From Candidatus Buchananbacteria bacterium (GTDB lineage: Bacteria; Patescibacteriota; Patescibacteriia; 2-01-FULL-39-33; JBAYJR01): a DNA stretch of 64,000 nt. Within the stretch, counting starts at the first letter, position 1. Every line of letters starts with the position of its first letter. Both the position numbers and the translations under genes were made by a program. Positions 58,738 to 64,000 of the stretch are shown here, piece after piece. The notes under the pieces are model-generated. The model was not told the DNA's origin and did no database searches. It saw nothing but the letters and a program-made list of their open reading frames with translations. The DNA lies in NCBI GenBank assembly GCA_041665005.1, contig JBAYJR010000003.1:17102-81101 (forward strand). Direction: 5' to 3'.

Positions 58738-61002
58738 TTAAACTGCTTCTTTGGTATAACCGCAATCTTTTTTGCTACAGACCAGGGAACCATTTTTGCC
58801 GTAGACGATTAAGCTTTGGCAATTGGGGCATTTTTCGCCGGTTGGTTTGGACCAGAGGGCAAATTTGCAATCCGGATATTTATTGCAAGCATAAAAAACT
58901 CGGCCTCGTCCGCGCTTGGAAACAATTTCGCCCACGCCACACTGCGGGCAAGCGACTCCGGTGCCGTTATTTTTTTCAATATATTTACAATCGGGATATT
59001 TGGAGCAACCAACAAACGGACCATAACGACCCACCCGTTGCTGTAAAGGGGCGCCGCAATCCGGACATTTTTTATCTAAAATTAAAGGTTCCGGAATTTC
59101 TTGGCCGTTCTTATCAATTTTTTTGGTATTTTTGCAATCCGGAAAATTAGAGCAGGCCAAAAATTTGCCATAGCGTCCCCGTTTAATAATCATTGGTGAA
59201 TTACATTTTTCGCAAACTTCATCGGTTTTTTCTTCCGGCATAATGTCGGATTTTTTTACTTCTTCCATTTTTTCGTTAAGTAATTCTTTGAAAGGATGAT
59301 AAAAATTACTAATCACCGGCACCCATTCGGTTTTACCTTCGGCGATAGCATCCAAATCATCTTCTAGTTTGGCGGTAAATTGGTAATCTACAATTTGCGG
59401 AAAATGTTTGATTAATAAATCAATGACGATAAAAGCAATTTCGGTAGGCTTGAGCCGTTTTTCTTCGCGTTCCACATAACCACGATCAATGATGGTAGAA
59501 ATAGTTGGCGCGTAAGTGGAAGGCCGACCAATGCCATATTCTTCCAGGGCTTTAACCAAGGAAGCGTCGGTGTAGCGGGCGGGTGGTTGGGTAAAATGTT
59601 GTTCAGATTTTATCTCTTGGCTTACAATAGTTTCTTTAACTTGCAAAGCGGGCAAGAGTTCTTCTTTGGTGGCGACGGGGTAGACTTTTAGCCAGCCATC
59701 AAATTTAACCACTTGACCATTGGCGCGGAAAATAAATTTTTGGTCTTGCGAAATTAAATCGGCGGCGGCGTTTTCTAATTTGGCTCCGGCCATTTGGCAA
59801 GCCACGGCCCGTTGCCAGATTAATTGGTAAAGTTTAAATTGGTTATCGTTTAAAAAAGTTTCAATTTGTTGAGGAGCCAGTTTAACATCGGTAGGGCGAA
59901 TGGCTTCATGAGCTTCTTGGGCTGATTTTTGGGTTTTAGAAAAATGGCGAGGTTTGGGAGTGGTATAATTAGCGCCAAAGTTGTCAATAATATATTGATG
60001 AGCTTCGGTTAAAAATTTTTCGGCCAGATTTACTGAATCCGTGCGCATATAAGTAATCAAACCTACCGAACCTTGTGGTCCTAAGTCCACACCTTCATAG
60101 AGTTGTTGTGCAATCATCATGGTTTGTTTGGCAGAAAATCCTAGGCGACGGTTAGCTTCTTGTTGTAAAGTAGAAGTGGTAAACGGAGCATTGGGTAATT
60201 TTAGGGTGCTCTTACTAGTTAAATCGGCCACGGTAAAAGGTTGTTGACCGATTTGGTTAACTAATTCTTGGGCTTGCGCTTCGGTGGTGATAGAAAATTT
60301 TTCTAAAACTTTAGCCTCAACTTGTCGTAAGTTAGCTTTAAAAATTTGTTGAAGATTGTTTTGCGGAGCAAATTGTCCGGCGATGGTCCAGTATTCTTCA
60401 ATTTTAAAATCTTTAATTTCCCGTTCGCGTTCTACAATCAAACGAACGGTGACGGATTGGACGCGACCGGCCGATAAACCTTTAGTAACTTTTTTCCACA
60501 AAAATGGCGAAAGTTCATAACCCACCAAGCGATCTAAAACGCGACGAGCTTGTTGGGCGTCTACCATATGTAAATCCAGCGCTTGAGGATTTTTTAAAGC
60601 GTGCAAAATTGCCTCTTCGGTAATTTCATGAAAAGTAATACGTTTAATTTTAGCTTCAGGAGTTTTAAAAATTTGGGCCAGATGCCAAGAAATTGCTTCA
60701 CCTTCGCGGTCTTGATCAGTTGCAAAGTAAATGTTGTCTGCTTTAGTGGCTAATTTTTTTAAAGTAGTGACTACTTTTTTAGCTTTAGTCGGAATTACAT
60801 ATTGCGGAGTAAAATCGTGCTCAATATCAATACCCATTTTGCTTTTGGGCAAATCACGAATATGGCCAAACGAAGACTCCACTTTATAATCTTTAGTTAA
60901 AAAGCGAGAAATGGTTTTGGCTTTAGTGGGGGATTCTACAATTACTAAATTCATAGATGAGAAAATAATTTTAAAGTTATCCTTTAGTATTATCGCGCGC
61001 AA
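58738..61002 (-). CDS. topA: DNA topoisomerase I with four C-terminal zinc ribbons
   Basis: Toprim 'LVIVESPTKAKTI', catalytic-Tyr region, four C4 ribbons ('CEKCNSPM...CSNFPDC', 'CPDCGAPL...CSKYPDC', 'CPQCGVG...CNKYPDC', 'CPNCQSL...CSKKDCGY'). Confidence 0.95.
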   Translation of the reverse strand: MRAIILKDNFKIIFSSMNLVIVESPTKAKTISRFLTKDYKVESSFGHIRDLPKSKMGIDIEHDFTPQYVIPTKAKKVVTTLKKLATKADNIYFATDQDREGEAISWHLAQIFKTPEAKIKRITFHEITEEAILHALKNPQALDLHMVDAQQARRVLDRLVGYELSPFLWKKVTKGLSAGRVQSVTVRLIVEREREIKDFKIEEYWTIAGQFAPQNNLQQIFKANLRQVEAKVLEKFSITTEAQAQELVNQIGQQPFTVADLTSKSTLKLPNAPFTTSTLQQEANRRLGFSAKQTMMIAQQLYEGVDLGPQGSVGLITYMRTDSVNLAEKFLTEAHQYIIDNFGANYTTPKPRHFSKTQKSAQEAHEAIRPTDVKLAPQQIETFLNDNQFKLYQLIWQRAVACQMAGAKLENAAADLISQDQKFIFRANGQVVKFDGWLKVYPVATKEELLPALQVKETIVSQEIKSEQHFTQPPARYTDASLVKALEEYGIGRPSTYAPTISTIIDRGYVEREEKRLKPTEIAFIVIDLLIKHFPQIVDYQFTAKLEDDLDAIAEGKTEWVPVISNFYHPFKELLNEKMEEVKKSDIMPEEKTDEVCEKCNSPMIIKRGRYGKFLACSNFPDCKNTKKIDKNGQEIPEPLILDKKCPDCGAPLQQRVGRYGPFVGCSKYPDCKYIEKNNGTGVACPQCGVGEIVSKRGRGRVFYACNKYPDCKFALWSKPTGEKCPNCQSLIVYGKNGSLVCSKKDCGYTKEAV

Positions 61003-62090
61003 ACGTAATTTTGTCCACCGAGATTTTTTATTTTGCCTTTGATTTCCATAACGGCCAAGGTAGCGGCCACGGTGCTAATGTTTAACTTAGTCAACTTAGC
61101 CAAACTATCAATATGAATTGGTTCGCGGTTCAAATGTTTAAGTAGACTTTCTTCAGCCGGGCTTTCGGGGACAATGGCGTGAGCAGTAATATAACTGGAA
61201 ACGGTTTTTAAGTCAAGGGCGCCCAAGATATCTTGGGCGGTAGTAACCACTATGGCTCCTTGTTTAATTAGATTGTTGGTGCCGGCCGAATTGGGGTGAT
61301 AAATGTTGCCCGGCACGGCAAAAACCTCACGATTTTGTTCTAGGGCATACTTGGCAGTAATTAAGGCGCCAGATTCGGCCGGCGCTTCAATAATTAAAGT
61401 ACCCAAAGACAAACCGGAGATAATACGATTGCGCAAAGGAAAATTATGCACCAAAGGTGGCATACTCAAAGGAAATTCAGAAACCATTAAACTGCCAGCG
61501 GCAATAATTTTTTCGGCCAGTGAGCGATTTTGCGTGGGATAAAGACTAGACCAAGCTAAACCCGAACCCAGCACGGCAAGGGTGCGACCTTGATTTTGTA
61601 AAGTTGCTTGATGCGCCAAAGTATCAATTCCCAAGGCCAGGCCGGAAACAATTGTTAAGCCGGCTTGAACCAAGGGGATAATTAAGGTGTCAATTAATTG
61701 TTGACCATAAGGTGAAACCTTGCGAGTGCCGACGACGCCCAAAGCAAAACGATCACGATTATTATCTAAGGTGCCACGATAGTAAAGGATTGGCGGGGGG
61801 CTGTAAATTTCTTTGAGTAATGGCGGGTAGGCTTCTTCTAAAATTGTTACGGCCTGTACTTTTTCGGTGTGTAATTTTGTTAATTCTGCTTCCGGGTTAA
61901 TTTGCGGTCGACGGCTAATAATTTCTTGGGCTAAGTCAGGTTCTAAGCCACAAGTTATTAATTCGGATAAACTAGCCGCCCAGGCGGTTTGTAAATTTGG
62001 AAAGTAAGAATAAAGTTTTTTAAATCTAACCGGCCCGAGTTTAGTAAATTGATTAAAAGCTAGCCAAAAAGGTAAATCAGTTGAAGACAT
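60990..62090 (-). CDS. dprA: DNA processing protein DprA (Smf)
   Basis: 'GLALGIDTLAHQATL...GALITAKYALEQNREVFAVPGNI'. Overlaps the topA start by 13 nt. Confidence 0.9.
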   Translation of the reverse strand: MSSTDLPFWLAFNQFTKLGPVRFKKLYSYFPNLQTAWAASLSELITCGLEPDLAQEIISRRPQINPEAELTKLHTEKVQAVTILEEAYPPLLKEIYSPPPILYYRGTLDNNRDRFALGVVGTRKVSPYGQQLIDTLIIPLVQAGLTIVSGLALGIDTLAHQATLQNQGRTLAVLGSGLAWSSLYPTQNRSLAEKIIAAGSLMVSEFPLSMPPLVHNFPLRNRIISGLSLGTLIIEAPAESGALITAKYALEQNREVFAVPGNIYHPNSAGTNNLIKQGAIVVTTAQDILGALDLKTVSSYITAHAIVPESPAEESLLKHLNREPIHIDSLAKLTKLNISTVAATLAVMEIKGKIKNLGGQNYVCAR

Positions 62091-62240
62091 AAGATAAGTT
62101 AAAATAATATTTAGTTATTATAAAACTTTTTAGACCATCTTGACAAAGATTTAAAAGGGGGATATAATAAAATATCAAAAAAAATTATTGAAAGATCATT
62201 GAAAGAGAGATAAAATTTACAGAAAAGGGAGGCGCTCATA

Positions 62241-62525
62241 ATGGGCTGTAGTAAGAACAGGACCAAAAATTTACAGTTCAAAAAAGTTAAATTGCGTTAT
62301 CGGGTTGAGTATGATTTAAACCCAAATTGTTTTGTGGAATGTTCGGCCTACAGTGAAGCCCAGGCTTGTGGGTATGTTTCTTCTCATAAAAGAGAGCTTT
62401 GTAAAAATTGGGGGATTAATCTTAGTTTTATTAATTCCTCTACCTTAAAAGCTTTTGTTTTGGGAAGGGCTTATCAAAAAGTAATTGTGGTCGCTGAACA
62501 GTTGGAATTTAATTTCCTCCGCTAA
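62241..62525 (+). CDS. Hypothetical Cys-containing small protein
   Basis: ORF track. RBS GGGAGG upstream. Terminator CCGCTAAATT...AATTTAGCGG downstream. Confidence 0.4.
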   Translation: MGCSKNRTKNLQFKKVKLRYRVEYDLNPNCFVECSAYSEAQACGYVSSHKRELCKNWGINLSFINSSTLKAFVLGRAYQKVIVVAEQLEFNFLR

Positions 62526-62574
62526 ATTAATAAAATTTAGCGGTTTTTTTACCAGAAATTATTTTTGTCAGGTA

Positions 62575-62603
62575 TTGACAAAATTATTAACCTATGCTAT
62601 ACT
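62575..62603 (+). promoter_or_regulatory. Promoter: TTGACA, 17 bp spacer, TATACT (with a second TATAAT 2 nt downstream)
   Basis: Hexamers read directly. No protein-coding ORF of at least 60 aa follows before the terminator. Confidence 0.5.
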
Positions 62604-62611
62604 ATATAATC

Positions 62612-62800
62612 ACTAGGAGTTAATTGAAATTGTCCAATAAACAGCTATCTATCAGTGGCGAGAGCCTGGTTCCCTCCTACCACGCTGATAGCCTAAAGCT
62701 GGGACTTTAGGATGGTTCCTAAACGTTCCACACTGGTAGGTGGCTGTTTGTTGAACACTTTAGTTATAAAAATCACCCCGGTTAGCGGAGTGATTTTTTT
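62612..62800 (+). ncRNA. Candidate structured small RNA (~190 nt) between a consensus promoter and an intrinsic terminator. Identity unknown.
   Basis: Nested inverted repeats (CTATCAGTGG...CCACGCTGATAG; CCTAAAG-ctggga-CTTTAGG). Terminator ATCAC-CCCGGTTAGCGGA-GTGAT then T7. Only a 29-codon ORF inside. Confidence 0.35.
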
Positions 62801-62815
62801 GTTGAATAAAAAGGT

Positions 62816-63385
62816 TTAGCGTTGATTGTATAAGTTGCTGGCCTGGGCCAATTCTCCGGCTAAAATTAAGTTGATGGCGTTTAATAGGTTAGGCCAGAGT
62901 TTAGTTAGTTGTTTTTTTTCGTCAGCGGTTAGTTTGCTTAAAACAATGTTTTCCGCTTTATTTTTTTGTTCAGGATTTTTAATGCCTAGCCGTAAACGAA
63001 TAAAATTTTGCGTCCCCAGTTCTTTAATAATAGAAGCCACGCCGTTATGTCCGGCGGCCGAGGCATTAAGGCTAATTTTAAAGCGGCCTTGAGTTAGATC
63101 AAAATCGTCATGGATAATAATTAGGTCAGCTGGCTTGATTTTATAAAAATTAGTAATTTTTTGGACCGCTTGGCCGGATAAATTCATATAGGTTTGCGGT
63201 TTGGCTAAAATTATTTTTTCGCCGGTCACTTTACTTTCGGCTAATTCGGCTTGGAACTTAGTATTTTTTCGCCAAGTGCTGGCCGCTAATTCTTTAGCTA
63301 ATTTTTCCACCGCCCAAAAACCCAAATTGTGTTTGGTGTGGTTATAAGTTTTGCCAGGGTTACCTAGGCCGATGATTAAATGCAT
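62816..63385 (-). CDS. pth: Peptidyl-tRNA hydrolase
   Basis: 'MHLIIGLGNPGKTYNHTKHNLGF' Pth signature. Confidence 0.9.
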   Translation of the reverse strand: MHLIIGLGNPGKTYNHTKHNLGFWAVEKLAKELAASTWRKNTKFQAELAESKVTGEKIILAKPQTYMNLSGQAVQKITNFYKIKPADLIIIHDDFDLTQGRFKISLNASAAGHNGVASIIKELGTQNFIRLRLGIKNPEQKNKAENIVLSKLTADEKKQLTKLWPNLLNAINLILAGELAQASNLYNQR

Positions 63386-63393
63386 AGGGTTGG

Positions 63394-63444
63394 GTAGTTG
63401 AAAGTATAAAGGGGAAAGTATAAAGTATAAAGTAGAAAGTGGAG
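63394..63444. repeat. GAAAGT-family short tandem repeats ('gtagttgaaagtataaaggggaaagtataaagtataaagtagaaagtgg')
   Basis: Same motif family as the 30303-30375 and 486-520 repeats. Confidence 0.5.
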
Positions 63445-63645
63445 GATGATTATATTTTAGCTTAATCGCTGGGGCTTCGCAAGGTTCAGGATCTAATCCC
63501 TTGTTATCCCGAGTTTGCTTACCTGCTGATGTGCTTAATTGCTTACTCGCTTATTCTAGCCTAATTTGTTTGTAAAAAGTATGGGTTTTTGTTAAGATAG
63601 ACACAGTTTAGCTTTTAAACACCAGTTAAATTTTGAAATATTTAT

Positions 63646-64000
63646 ATGCCCCAACTTTGCCCCGAACTTACAACCAAACTAGAATCTCTTAAACAACTTA
63701 AACAAGGGTTTGATTTGGAGATAATCAAAGCGCAAAGTCTAAGTCATAATAAATCAGAGGATTTAGTTTCAGTTAGAGAAGCTAAAATAAGATTAGAGCA
63801 AAAGCTAGAGCAAATCTCAAAAATATTATGGCAAGAGTTTTATGTCAATTCTCCCCGAGGACTAACCGCTGTAGAAAAGAAAATAAATTATCATGTAATT
63901 GAAACTCTCGAAGGACATGCTAATGCTGTGTTCACTCTCCAGGTCCTACCTGATGGTCGCATTGTTTCGGGTAGTGGTGATAAGACTATTAAAATCTGGC
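63646..64000 (+). CDS. Member C of the paralogous family (3'-partial at the window edge): conserved N-terminal domain followed by WD40 repeats
   Basis: N-terminus 'MPQLCPELTTKLESLKQLKQGFDLE' is near-identical to A. 'GHANAVFTLQVLPDGRIVSGSGDKTIKIW' is a WD40 blade. The upstream ~200 bp are homologous to the region upstream of A. Confidence 0.6.
   Translation, partial: MPQLCPELTTKLESLKQLKQGFDLEIIKAQSLSHNKSEDLVSVREAKIRLEQKLEQISKILWQEFYVNSPRGLTAVEKKINYHVIETLEGHANAVFTLQVLPDGRIVSGSGDKTIKIW

Noticed and set aside
58728-59150. Plus-strand 140-aa ORF at the 3' end of the topA region
   Set aside because: It lies antisense within the topA zinc-ribbon coding region. The Cys/Arg-rich translation is a mirror of the ribbon codons.

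Overview
The window is AT-rich and gene-dense, and looks like a small-genome bacterium. Low GC, a TTG/TTA/AAA-biased codon style, compact operons and many small membrane proteins suggest a Patescibacteria/CPR-like organism, but that is inference only.

Housekeeping content:
- Translation and RNA turnover: rpsO–pnp, groES–groEL with a perfect CIRCE operator, infC–rpmI–rplT, smpB with an adjacent tmRNA, glyQS, pth.
- Envelope and metabolism: ppsA, lgt, lspA, cls, cspA, a LysM-M23 peptidase, lemA–TPM–M16 peptidase, an AI-2E transporter.
- Replication and stress: parA–parB, relA/spoT, dprA–topA.
- Seven tRNAs, two of them (His, Arg) directly abutting island-like DNA.

The main accessory feature is a ~13.5 kb higher-GC integrative element at about 9.38–22.91 kb, inserted into the comM/yifB (Mg-chelatase-like ATPase) gene. 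ComM is cut at '...AHRGVLFL' and resumes at 'DELPEF...' on the far side. The element ends with a large serine recombinase gene, preceded by a paralogous truncated resolvase-domain protein whose catalytic Ser is replaced (RVSTDEQ -> RTANDDQ). Its cargo is a translationally coupled HTH / 222-aa unknown / Type III mod / Type III res operon, a divergent 486-aa SEC-C/zinc-ribbon protein, a secreted SNase-family nuclease and several unknown ORFs.

Other observations worth a second look:
- A second atypical-codon ORF ends inside the 3' end of tRNA-His at the window start.
- An NYN-domain gene sits between rpsO and pnp.
- A DnaA-box-like inverted cluster lies at ~7.1 kb.
- A promoter-to-terminator ~190-nt candidate ncRNA lies at ~62.6 kb.
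- A dispersed GAAAGT(T/G) heptamer repeat family occupies several intergenic regions.
- A foreign-codon two-gene cassette sits next to tRNA-Asp.
- A cspA gene is followed by a triple zinc-ribbon protein with an RGG-rich head and a Lys-rich tail.
- Three paralogous genes (56772, 57836, 63646) share a conserved N-terminal domain; 56772 and 63646 also share ~200 bp of near-identical upstream DNA, and one copy carries WD40 repeats.

No CRISPR array is present.
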